A stretch of 64,000 bases of DNA, taken from Alphaproteobacteria bacterium (GTDB lineage Bacteria > Pseudomonadota > Alphaproteobacteria > MPNO01). Shown here one piece after another: positions 38,551 through 47,623 of the stretch; positions within the stretch are counted from its first letter, which is position 1; every line of letters begins with the position of its first letter. Both the position numbers and the translations under genes were made by a program. The stretch lies in assembly GCA_964291675.2 (NCBI GenBank), contig OZ219865.1, positions 64,001-128,000 on the forward strand, read 5' to 3'. Under the pieces are notes generated by a model. It was not told the DNA's origin. It worked only from the letters and a program-made list of their open reading frames with translations, and searched no databases.

Positions 38551-39660
38551 TCATCGGGAGCGAGCGGTTGCCAGCTCGTAGCTGGTGCTGCGGCCGCCGG
38601 CCCGGCTGCGGACGAGGATGCCGCGGTCGATCAGGTCGCGGATGTCCCGGTTCGCCGTGTCCTGGGAGCAGCGGTTCATCCTCGCCCATCTGGACGAGGT
38701 GAGCTTGCCCTCGAACCCGTCCAGCAGCCGGTTCAGCATCTTTACCTGGCGTTGGTTGAGTGCGACCTGGGCATGGGCGTCCCAGAAGCCGGCCTTGGCC
38801 AGGACGGCGGCCAGGGTATGACGGGCGCTCTCGATGGCGCGCCCGAGGCATTCGAGAAACCAGACCTGCCAGAGGGTGACGTCCATGGCGCCGTTCTGGG
38901 TAGCCTCGAGGATGTCGTAATAGGCGCTGCGCTCGAGGCGGATCTGGGCGGACATGCTGTAGAAGCGTTCCGGGCTGTCTTCCGAGCGGGCCAGCGCCAT
39001 GTCGGCGACGGCGCGCGCGATACGGCCGTTGCCGTCTTCGAACGGATGGATCGAAACGAACCAGAGATGGGCCAGCCCGGCGGCGAGCACCGGGTCCATG
39101 GTCGGCGCATCCTCGAACCATTCGAGGAACGCCGACACCTCGTTCTCGAGGCGTTCGGCCGGGGGAGCGGTGTAGTGAACGCGCTGGTGGCCGATCGGGC
39201 CCGAGACGACCTGCATCGGCCCGTCCGCGTCGTCGCGCCACCGGCCGACGCGGATCCGGCGCAAGCCGCTATAGCCGGTCGGGAACAGAGCGGCATGCCA
39301 CGAGAACAGCCGTTCATGGGTCAGGGGTGCGGCGTAGTTCCGGGTGGCGTCGATCGTCATGTCGACGACCCCGTCGACATCGCGATCCGGCACGGGCAGG
39401 CCGCCGGCGTCCAGGCCGAGCCGGCTTGCGAGAGACGAGCGCACCCGGTCGGGGGCGAGAATCTCGCCTTCGATCTCGCTCGTCTTCACGACGTCCTCGG
39501 TGAGCATGCAGAGCGAGGCCTCGCTGCGCATCTCGAAGCCCAGGGCCTCCATGCGGCCGAGCAGCCTCCCCTGGGCGTGGCGTATGGTCGCCAGGGACCC
39601 CGCGAGCCGGGCCGTGTCCTGACGGAACCTCGGCCATTCGGGGCGCTGCCAGATGAACAT
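38551..39660 (-). CDS. Fic family protein with N-terminal DUF4172 and C-terminal HTH
   Basis: IWQRPEWPRF, SEIEGE, HPFEDGNGRIAR, TANRDI.DL...GGRSTSY. Confidence 0.93.
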   Translation of the reverse strand: MFIWQRPEWPRFRQDTARLAGSLATIRHAQGRLLGRMEALGFEMRSEASLCMLTEDVVKTSEIEGEILAPDRVRSSLASRLGLDAGGLPVPDRDVDGVVDMTIDATRNYAAPLTHERLFSWHAALFPTGYSGLRRIRVGRWRDDADGPMQVVSGPIGHQRVHYTAPPAERLENEVSAFLEWFEDAPTMDPVLAAGLAHLWFVSIHPFEDGNGRIARAVADMALARSEDSPERFYSMSAQIRLERSAYYDILEATQNGAMDVTLWQVWFLECLGRAIESARHTLAAVLAKAGFWDAHAQVALNQRQVKMLNRLLDGFEGKLTSSRWARMNRCSQDTANRDIRDLIDRGILVRSRAGGRSTSYELATARSR

Positions 39661-39668
39661 GGAACAAG

Positions 39669-39728
39669 TTCCGCATAGTTTGCGGAGAATATGGTGCCCA
39701 TTCTCCGCATGAGCAAGGGTCTCCGCAT
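39669..39728. repeat. Cluster of (T)CTCCGCA direct and inverted repeats upstream of fic
   Basis: TTCCGCAT 39669, TGCGGAGAAT 39681, ATTCTCCGCA 39700, TCTCCGCAT 39720. Confidence 0.8.
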
Positions 39729-39863
39729 GTCTGGCAGAGATGTGCCATCGTGCTCCTCCGGCCGTCCCGCCGCCGAACCCGGCGCGTCGATGTCGTCCCC
39801 GGATATGCGAATATGCTATAGGCTGGGCTTCGGCCCAGGGCGCAACGAGGAGCCGGCTGCCCC

Positions 39864-40985
39864 GTGTCCAGATTGCAGTTCTACGTGTTCCGGCAGATCG
39901 TGATCGTGCTCGCGGTCGTGGCCGTCGGCATCTTCGGCATCATCTGGCTCACCAAGTCGATGTCGCTGATCGACCTGGTGATGAACCGCGGCCTGTCCTG
40001 GTCGATGTTCGCCTGGATCACCACCTTGCTGATGCCCGCCTCCTTCGCCGTCGTCGGGCCGGTCTCGCTGTTTATCGCGGTCGCTTTCATCTACTACCGG
40101 CTGACCATGGACAGCGAGCTGGTGATCATGCAGAACGCCGGCATCGGCCGTCTCCAGATCGCCCGCCCCGCGCTGCTGGTGGCGCTGGCGATGGTCGCCA
40201 TCGGCTATTTGGTCTCGCTCTATCTCCTGCCGCTCGCCTATCGCGACTACCGCGACCTCAAGTTCCAGGTCAGCAACAACTATTCCTCGGTCCTGATCGA
40301 GGAGGGGGTGTTCTCCGAGATGGTGCCGGGGGTGACGGTGTTCGTCCGCCAGCGCGATCCCGACGGCGCGCTGCTGGGCATTCTGGTACACGACAACCGT
40401 CGGCCCGACAGGCCGGTCACCGCGATGGCGGAGCGCGGCGTGCTGCTGCCCGGCGACAACGGCCCGCGCATGGTGATGGTTCGCGGGCAGCGGCAGGAAC
40501 GGCGCGCCGAGGGCAATGTCGCGCGGCTCCAGTTCGACCGTTACGAGATGCAGTTCACCACGCGGTCGAAGTCCGGCTTCGGACGGTGGCAGAGCCCGCA
40601 CGAGCAGTTCCTGCGCGACTTGTTCGATCCGCCCGAGGCGCTCGGCGGCAGGTCGCGCTACCACCAGTTCCGCATGGAGGGGCACGACCGTCTGACCGCG
40701 CCGCTGATGAACCTGGCCCTGCCGCTGGTCGCGCTGGCGCTGCTGCTCGGCGCGGAGTTCAACCGGCGCGGGCACATGGTCCGCATCCTAGTCGCGGTCG
40801 CCGTGATCGCCGCGCTGGAGGTGTCGATGATCGGGTTCAAGAGCCTCGGGCGGCGCATCCCGGAGCTCGCGCCGCTCATCTATCTGTGTCCGCTGGCGAC
40901 GATCTCGGTCTGCTTCCTGTCCCTGTGGCGCGGCCCCTTCGGCCTGTGGCGGCGGCCGGTTCCGGGCGCCGCCGGGGTATCCTAG
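39864..40985 (+). CDS. lptF: LPS export permease LptF
   Basis: IIWLTKS..LIDL.MNRGL, DSELVIMQNAG, beta-jellyroll region with AERG. Confidence 0.85.
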   Translation: MSRLQFYVFRQIVIVLAVVAVGIFGIIWLTKSMSLIDLVMNRGLSWSMFAWITTLLMPASFAVVGPVSLFIAVAFIYYRLTMDSELVIMQNAGIGRLQIARPALLVALAMVAIGYLVSLYLLPLAYRDYRDLKFQVSNNYSSVLIEEGVFSEMVPGVTVFVRQRDPDGALLGILVHDNRRPDRPVTAMAERGVLLPGDNGPRMVMVRGQRQERRAEGNVARLQFDRYEMQFTTRSKSGFGRWQSPHEQFLRDLFDPPEALGGRSRYHQFRMEGHDRLTAPLMNLALPLVALALLLGAEFNRRGHMVRILVAVAVIAALEVSMIGFKSLGRRIPELAPLIYLCPLATISVCFLSLWRGPFGLWRRPVPGAAGVS

Positions 40986-41003
40986 CGACGCCCGCCGGAC
41001 GCC

Positions 41004-42098
41004 ATGCGCATTTCGCTCCGCCTGTCGCTCTACGTCCTGCGGTTGTTCTTCTCCTGGATGGCCGCCGTGCTGTTCGCGCTGGGCGCGGTGATCCTGATGT
41101 TCGACTCGGTCGAGCTGTTCCGCAAGGCGGCGCAGAACCAGGAGGCGACCTTCGGGGTCATCATGTCGATGAGCCTCATGAAGGTGCCGCATCTGCTGGA
41201 GCGCGCGCTTCCGGTCGCCACGCTGATTGCGACGATGCTGACGCTGTGGCGCCTCAACCGGCATCATGAGCTTGTCGTGGTGCGCTCGTTCGGCGTTTCG
41301 GTGTGGCAGACCCTGCTGCCCGTCGCCGTCGGCGCCGCCGCCATCGGGGTGGCGGAGCTGGTTGCGGTCAACCCGATCTCCGCCGCGCTCTACGCCCAGT
41401 ACCAGTCGCTGGAAGAGACGGTTCTCAATCGAAGATCCGCCTCCGCGGCGATCAGCGGCGGCAGCGTCTGGTTCCGCCAGCCGACCGGGGACGGCCACTA
41501 CTTCATGCACGCCAACGGGATCGAGCCGGCCACCGGCCTGCTGACGTCGGTGATGGTGCTGACGATGGAGGAGGGGGACCGCTTCGTCCGCCGGATCGAT
41601 GCCGATCGCGCCCGCCTGGGCCGGGGCTACTGGGCGCTCTACGACGTGACGATCGAGACGCCGCCCCACCCGCCGCGCCATGCGCCGGCCTACCGGCTGG
41701 AGACCGATCTCACGCTGGAGAAGATCCAGGACAGCTTCGCCGACCCCGCGACGCTCTCCTTTTTCGAGCTCCCCGCTTTCGTGCAGGTGCTCGAAGCCGC
41801 CGGGGTTTCCGCCATCAATCACCGATTGCACTGGCACATCCTGCTCGCGCAGCCTTTGCTGATGGTCTCGATCGTGCTGGTCGCCGCGACGTTCTCGCTC
41901 CGCCCGGTGCGGCGCGGCGGGACCCGGCTGATCTTCGTCACCGGGCTGGTCTGCGGTTTCCTGCTGTTCATCGTCGTCGACGTCATCACGGCGCTCGGCG
42001 CCTCGGCGCGCATTCCGGTCTGGCTGGCTGCGTGGAGCCCGACGGCAATCGCGACGATGCTGGGATCGGCGATGCTGCTGCACCTCGAAGACGGCTGA
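41004..42098 (+). CDS. lptG: LPS export permease LptG
   Basis: ELVVVRSFGVSVWQ, SFFELP.F...E.AG, LAAWSP, LLHLEDG C-terminus. Confidence 0.9.
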   Translation: MRISLRLSLYVLRLFFSWMAAVLFALGAVILMFDSVELFRKAAQNQEATFGVIMSMSLMKVPHLLERALPVATLIATMLTLWRLNRHHELVVVRSFGVSVWQTLLPVAVGAAAIGVAELVAVNPISAALYAQYQSLEETVLNRRSASAAISGGSVWFRQPTGDGHYFMHANGIEPATGLLTSVMVLTMEEGDRFVRRIDADRARLGRGYWALYDVTIETPPHPPRHAPAYRLETDLTLEKIQDSFADPATLSFFELPAFVQVLEAAGVSAINHRLHWHILLAQPLLMVSIVLVAATFSLRPVRRGGTRLIFVTGLVCGFLLFIVVDVITALGASARIPVWLAAWSPTAIATMLGSAMLLHLEDG

Positions 42099-42104
42099 CC
42101 CGCG

Positions 42105-44240
42105 ATGCGCCGGCGAGTTCGGGACGCGTTGGTCGTGGCGGCGCTGCTCGCCGCCCTTCCCGCCGCCGCCTGGGCGCAGGGCGCGGCCACCTCGCCGCGG
42201 GCGGAGGCGCCGGTCACCCTGAAGGCCGATACGGTGACGCACAGCCGCGACGGCAACCTGCTGACCGCGATTGGCAATGTGGAGATCGTCGAGGGCGGAC
42301 GCGTGCTGCGCGCGGAGAAGGTGGAGTACGACCGCGTCACCGGCCGCATGATCGCCTCCGGCGACGTGGTCATCCAGGACCCGGACGGAAATGCCTTCTT
42401 CGCCGAGTCGATGGAGGTCTCCGGCGACCTCAAGGACGGCGCGGCGGAGCGCATCCGCATCCGGTTCCGCGACCGTGCCCGTCTCGCGGCGGCGGCCGGG
42501 CGGCGGATCGGAGGCACCAGGACCGAGCTCGACGACGCGGTCTTCACCGCCTGCCAGCCCTGCGCGGACGACCCCGGGGCGCCGCCTCCATGGCGCATCG
42601 CGGCGGGCGAGGTCGTCCGCGACACCGACGAGGAGTCCATCACCTACCGCGACGCGGTCTTCGAACTGTGGGGCGTGCCGGTGTTCTACACGCCCTACTT
42701 CCGACAGCCCGATATCGACGTGCGCCGCAAGACCGGATTGCTGGTCCCCGTCTTCGGCGTGGACGGCGAGCTCGGGATGATCGCGCGGCTGCCGGTATTC
42801 TGGGCGATCGCGCCCGACAAGGACGCGACCGTCACGCCCTTCCTGACCGAGAGGGAAGGCGTCGTCGGGTTGGTCGAGTACCGCCAGCGTTTCCCGGGCG
42901 GCGCCTTCAGCGCGGAAGGCAGCATCACCAGCGGCAGCACGAACACCGAGTCGCGCGCCACGCGCGGCCATCTCGACGCCGAAATCGCCTATGACATCGA
43001 CGATGCCTGGCGCGCCGGCGGCGCGTTGAGCATCGCCTCCGACGACACCTATCTGGGCCGCTACGATTTCTCGGACCAGCGGACGCTGACCAGCAGAGCC
43101 TTCGTGGAGGGGTTCTGGGGGCGGAACTACGCGGCGGCGAATTTCTACCGGTTCCAGGGATTGCGGCCCACCGACGAGCCGGACAAGGTCCCGCTGGTGG
43201 TGCCGGAGGTCGACTTCAACTTCCTCGGCGCGCGCGACCGGCTCGGCGGCCGCAGCAGCGTCGATGCCAATCTGCGCAGCCTGGTTCGCGAATTCGGCAG
43301 CGACAGCGTGAGGCTGTCCCTCAACAGCGCCTGGCGGCTCCCCTATACCAGCCCCGGCGGCCAGCGCCTCAACCTGTTCGCGCGGCTGCAGACCGACGCG
43401 TACTGGATCGAGCCGGAAGACGAGGCGACGGGGGGGAGCGGAACGCTCTCCGAGGTCGCGGGGCGCGCCTTCCCCCAGGCCGGACTCGACTGGCGCTACC
43501 CGTTTATCCGCGCCGGCGGGCGGTTCTCGCAGATCGTCGAGCCGATCGTGGGCGCGGTGGTCGCGCCGCGCGGCGGCAACCCGGGCCGCATCCCCAACGA
43601 GGACAGCGTCGATCTCGAGCTCGACGATACCAACGTGTTCGATCGTTCGCGGGTCACGGGTCTCGACCTGGTGGAGGACGGCGCCAGGATCTATTACGGG
43701 TTGAGGGGATCGCTGCTCGGCCCCGACGGCATGAGCGCGCACGCCTTTCTCGGACAGAGCTATCGTCTGGGCGGGACCGATTTGTTCCCGGCCGGCGCCG
43801 GGCTCGACAACGATTTCTCCGATATCGTCGGCCGGTTCGATCTCAGGCTCGACGACTATGTCCGGCTGCTCTACCGGTTTCGCTACGACCACACGGAGAG
43901 GATGGCGCGGCGGGACGAGGTGGGCGCCGTTCTGGGCCCGGAGCGTTTCAGGATTTCGACCGATTACCTGTTCATCGACAAGCAGGGGGCGCCGGCGGCA
44001 TTCGACGAGCGCAGGGAGATCAATCTACGGGTGGAGACCCGGATAACCGGCTCGGTCACGCTGCGCGGCGAGACCCAGCGCGACCTCGCCGGCGGGGGCT
44101 TCCTGTGGCACCGGGCGAGTCTCGGCTATCGCGGCGACTGCTACACGATCGACGTCAACTTCAAGCGTTCGTTGACCCGCGACCGCGACATCCGCCCGAC
44201 CGACACGTTCTTCGTGCGCATCGGCCTGACGGCGGGCTGA
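42105..44240 (+). CDS. lptD: LPS assembly outer-membrane protein LptD
   Basis: Signal peptide, FTACQPC, PVFYTPY, ASDDTYL, IPNEDS, DCY near the C-terminus. Confidence 0.92.
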   Translation: MRRRVRDALVVAALLAALPAAAWAQGAATSPRAEAPVTLKADTVTHSRDGNLLTAIGNVEIVEGGRVLRAEKVEYDRVTGRMIASGDVVIQDPDGNAFFAESMEVSGDLKDGAAERIRIRFRDRARLAAAAGRRIGGTRTELDDAVFTACQPCADDPGAPPPWRIAAGEVVRDTDEESITYRDAVFELWGVPVFYTPYFRQPDIDVRRKTGLLVPVFGVDGELGMIARLPVFWAIAPDKDATVTPFLTEREGVVGLVEYRQRFPGGAFSAEGSITSGSTNTESRATRGHLDAEIAYDIDDAWRAGGALSIASDDTYLGRYDFSDQRTLTSRAFVEGFWGRNYAAANFYRFQGLRPTDEPDKVPLVVPEVDFNFLGARDRLGGRSSVDANLRSLVREFGSDSVRLSLNSAWRLPYTSPGGQRLNLFARLQTDAYWIEPEDEATGGSGTLSEVAGRAFPQAGLDWRYPFIRAGGRFSQIVEPIVGAVVAPRGGNPGRIPNEDSVDLELDDTNVFDRSRVTGLDLVEDGARIYYGLRGSLLGPDGMSAHAFLGQSYRLGGTDLFPAGAGLDNDFSDIVGRFDLRLDDYVRLLYRFRYDHTERMARRDEVGAVLGPERFRISTDYLFIDKQGAPAAFDERREINLRVETRITGSVTLRGETQRDLAGGGFLWHRASLGYRGDCYTIDVNFKRSLTRDRDIRPTDTFFVRIGLTAG

Positions 44241-44248
44241 CGCGCGGA

Positions 44249-44974
44249 TCAGTCCGGCAGAAAGGCGGCGAGCTCCCGCTCCACCGCCTTGGCGTCTCTC
44301 GCCAGCCCGTCCGCGATGCCCCGCGCCATGGCGTCGGGGTACAGGTCTTCGACATCGCCCGCGAGCGCTTCGACGACGGAAGCGGCCACGTCCTCCGGCC
44401 TCGCGTCCCCGCCGGGCGTCATGTCGGTGTCCACCGCCCCCGGCAATACGCCGAGCACGCGCGTTCCCTGTCCGGCGAGCTCCGCGCGCACGCCCTGGGT
44501 CATCGAATACGCCGCCGCCTTGGACGCGGCGTAGCTGCCGATGGCGGGCAGGTTCACCCGAGCGATGACCGAAAGGACGTTGACGATCGTCCCGCCGCCG
44601 TTCGCCTTGAGCAGCGGCGCGAAGGCGCGGCACATGGAGAGCGTGCCGAGATAGTTGACCTCGATCTCGGCGCGGGCATTGGCGAGCGCCTCGGGCTCGC
44701 CGATCAGGGGGCGGTTGCGGTTGACCCCGGCATTGTTGATCAGCAGCGTCACGTCGGCGCAGCGTTCGGCCGCCCGCGCCACCTGTTCCGGCCGGGTCAC
44801 GTCGAGCGCCAGCGGGACGACGCGCGGGTCGTCGGCGAGCGCGCCGAGCTTCGCCGGATCTCGCGCGCCGGCATAGATCCTGGGCGCCTGCGCCGCCAGC
44901 AGGCGGTCCACGATGCGGCGTCCGATCCCGCGATTGGCGCCGGTGACGAGGGCGATCGCGCGCGATACGTCCAT
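44249..44974 (-). CDS. Short-chain dehydrogenase/reductase
   Basis: LVTGANRGIG, LINNAG, YAASK; start MDVSRA. Confidence 0.92.
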   Translation of the reverse strand: MDVSRAIALVTGANRGIGRRIVDRLLAAQAPRIYAGARDPAKLGALADDPRVVPLALDVTRPEQVARAAERCADVTLLINNAGVNRNRPLIGEPEALANARAEIEVNYLGTLSMCRAFAPLLKANGGGTIVNVLSVIARVNLPAIGSYAASKAAAYSMTQGVRAELAGQGTRVLGVLPGAVDTDMTPGGDARPEDVAASVVEALAGDVEDLYPDAMARGIADGLARDAKAVERELAAFLPD

Positions 44975-44979
44975 GGCGC

Positions 44980-46218
44980 CTACTCCGCGGGCTCGCTTTC
45001 CGCCCAGCGCGCCATCAGACGGTTGGACTCCACGTTGGTGGCATCCAGCATCTTCTGTGCCACGTCCTGCCCGCCGACCGGCAGCCCGGTCGGGTCGAGC
45101 AGCCCGATCTGCACCAGCACCGAGGCCTGATCCCAGTAGATGTGCTCGTGGTAGAGCTTGTCGCCGCGGAAGTTGACGATCGCCACGACCGGCAACTCGA
45201 CGTATTTCCCGGTCGGCGCCACGCCCGGCAGCAGCCAGTCGATCTCGGTGTCGTGGGTGAAGCAGAACAGCATCTCGTCGACCACGCGGTCGGCGCCGAT
45301 GGTGCGCGACACCGGGATCAGCCTGGTGTCCTCCGGGTTGGCGTGGACGAAGTGGTTGAGATAGAAGCGGTGGAGGTTCCTGTGGCCGACCCCGCCGGTC
45401 ATCGTCGGGATGTGGTTGACATAGGGCTCCGGCACCATGGTCGCCATGGTGGCGTCGACGTCGCGGGTGATGAACTCGTACTCGCAATGCTTGTCCCAGA
45501 GATGGCTGAGATCGTAGACCGGGCCCATGGCGCGCCGCAGCGCGGCGATGGTCCGGCTGTGCGCCATCGACGACGACGGCTTGTCGAAGACCTCGCGGTC
45601 GGCGTTGTAGAAGCCGTGGTCGGCGCCCGGATAGGCGTAGATCTCGACATCCGTCCGGTCGCTGAAGGCATCGCGCAGGGCGGCCACGCCTTCCGGCGGC
45701 ATCCACTGGTCGAGCTCGGGGCAGTGGAACACCATGGGGCAGGCGATGTCGCCCGCCTCGCCGAGCAGCTCCGGCAGGCCGACGCCGTAGAACGAGATCG
45801 AGACCGCGGGGTCGAGCCGGGCGGCGGCGAGAAAGGCGAGCTTGCCGCCGAGGCAGAACCCCATGAAGCCCACGTCTCCGGTGCATTCCGGCAGCGCGCG
45901 CAGCGCCGCCATCGCCGCGCCGATATCCTCGATCGACCGGTCGACGTCGAAACGCTCGAAGTAGCCGAACGCGGTGGCGAACTCGTCCTCGGTGTAGCCC
46001 AGCTCGATGCCGGGCTCGATGCGCCAGAACAGGTCCGGGGCCAGCACGACATAGCCCTCCTCGGCGAAGTAGTCGGCGGTCGCGCGCATCGTCGCGTTGA
46101 TACCGAAGATCTCCTGCCCCAGCACCAGGCCGGGCCCCGACCCCGCCTCCGGCACCGCGAGATACCCGTTGAACCGCCCGCCGTCGCCGGCGGCGATCTC
46201 TATCGCCCGCCCCGCCAT
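44980..46218 (-). CDS. Dienelactone hydrolase fused to a SnoaL-like domain
   Basis: QEIFGIN, GFCLGG, ADHGF, then LWDKHCEYEF, NHIPTMTGG, HEHIYWDQASVL. Confidence 0.9.
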   Translation of the reverse strand: MAGRAIEIAAGDGGRFNGYLAVPEAGSGPGLVLGQEIFGINATMRATADYFAEEGYVVLAPDLFWRIEPGIELGYTEDEFATAFGYFERFDVDRSIEDIGAAMAALRALPECTGDVGFMGFCLGGKLAFLAAARLDPAVSISFYGVGLPELLGEAGDIACPMVFHCPELDQWMPPEGVAALRDAFSDRTDVEIYAYPGADHGFYNADREVFDKPSSSMAHSRTIAALRRAMGPVYDLSHLWDKHCEYEFITRDVDATMATMVPEPYVNHIPTMTGGVGHRNLHRFYLNHFVHANPEDTRLIPVSRTIGADRVVDEMLFCFTHDTEIDWLLPGVAPTGKYVELPVVAIVNFRGDKLYHEHIYWDQASVLVQIGLLDPTGLPVGGQDVAQKMLDATNVESNRLMARWAESEPAE

Positions 46219-46277
46219 GTGTTCCTCCCCCTGGTCGCGTCGATATCGGCCGGTACTATAGACCAAGCCCGCCCGTC

Positions 46278-46784
46278 TCAGCCCTCGTCGAGATAGTGCC
46301 CGTGCGCGCGGTGCCAGTCCTCGATCCCCCGGTCGGGATAGATCTCGAAACGCGAGACCTCCGGGCCTTCCGGAACCTCGACCCAGCCGGGCGCGTAGCG
46401 CGTCATCAGCACGGTCTTTTGCGGCGGTCTGGGAAGCGGCGTGTCGATGGCCGAGGCGAAGGGGTGGATCAGCTCGGCCCAGCTCGGGTCCCAGACCCAG
46501 AGCGCCGAGCCGCACTTGGCGCAGAAGCTTCTGCGCGCCGTGCTCAGCCCGTCGTCCTCCAGATGGCCGCGCTCGTTGCCGGCGGCGCGGTAGATCGCGA
46601 TGTTCTCCTCGCCCTCGATCTCCAGCGTGTCGGCGAGGCCCATGATGTTGATGGCGTACCCGCCGCCGCCCGCCGTCTTGCGGCAGATCGAGCAGTAGCA
46701 GAAATTGTAGGGGTAGGGGGTGTGCGAGGCGAGGCTGAACCTCACCGCGCCGCAATGGCAGGACCCTTCGAGCTTCACCGGCAT
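46278..46784 (-). CDS. GFA family protein
   Basis: LEGSCHCGAVRF, CYCSICRK, FCAKCGS; start MPVKLE. Confidence 0.88.
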   Translation of the reverse strand: MPVKLEGSCHCGAVRFSLASHTPYPYNFCYCSICRKTAGGGGYAINIMGLADTLEIEGEENIAIYRAAGNERGHLEDDGLSTARRSFCAKCGSALWVWDPSWAELIHPFASAIDTPLPRPPQKTVLMTRYAPGWVEVPEGPEVSRFEIYPDRGIEDWHRAHGHYLDEG

Positions 46785-46870
46785 GTCTCCCTGTCGCATC
46801 TGCGCGGACCATAGGGGCACGCCCGCCGTCTTGCGGCAACCCGGCGTGGCGATCATCATCCGCGGCGCCC

Positions 46871-47620
46871 ATGTCCATCGAATCCCTCGCCGTCGTCATC
46901 GCCGCGCTGCTGCTCGGGACCCTCGGCAAGGCGATCACCGGGTTCGGGCTGCCGCTCTTCGCGGTGCCCGCGATGGCCGCCTTCATCGACGTGCAAACCG
47001 CGGTGGTGGTGATGGTGCTGCCGTCGACGCTGTCCAACGCGTGGCTGATATGGACCTACAGGCGCAGCGCGGCGGCGATCCCCGGGCTGTGGGCGGGGCT
47101 CGGCTGCGGGGTGGCGGGTATCGGCATCGGCGCCTGGCTCCTGAGCGCGCTCGACCCGGCGGTCATGGCGCTGGTGCTGTCTGGCTGGATCGCGGTCTAT
47201 CTGCTCACCGAGCTCGCGCGCTGCGAGATCCCGCCCCGGCTGACCGAGAGCCGCGGCATGCTCGCCTGCGTCATCGGCCTCGCCGGCATCTGCCAGGGCG
47301 CGACGGGGATCGCCGGGCCGATCCTGGTCACCTTCATGTACGCGATGCGGCAATCCCGCGAGGTCGTGGTGTTCGGGCTCGCCGCGGTGTTCCTCTCCTA
47401 CGGCGCGATCCAGGCCGGGTTCTACCTGTCGCTCGGGCTGGTGAGCGAAGAGCGGCTGTGGCAGAGCGCGGCGGCCACGATACCGGTGGTCCTCTTCATG
47501 CCGGTCGGCCTGTGGATCGCCCGCCGCATCGAGGGGCGGGCGTTCCGCTATCTGGTCCGCGTCCTGCTGCTCGCCGCCGGGGTCAAGCTGTTCGCCGACG
47601 GGCTCGGCGCGCTCGCCTGA
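46871..47620 (+). CDS. TauE/SafE family membrane protein
   Basis: KAITGFGLP, GATGIAGP, ~8 TM. Confidence 0.85.
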   Translation: MSIESLAVVIAALLLGTLGKAITGFGLPLFAVPAMAAFIDVQTAVVVMVLPSTLSNAWLIWTYRRSAAAIPGLWAGLGCGVAGIGIGAWLLSALDPAVMALVLSGWIAVYLLTELARCEIPPRLTESRGMLACVIGLAGICQGATGIAGPILVTFMYAMRQSREVVVFGLAAVFLSYGAIQAGFYLSLGLVSEERLWQSAAATIPVVLFMPVGLWIARRIEGRAFRYLVRVLLLAAGVKLFADGLGALA

Positions 47621-47623
47621 CCC

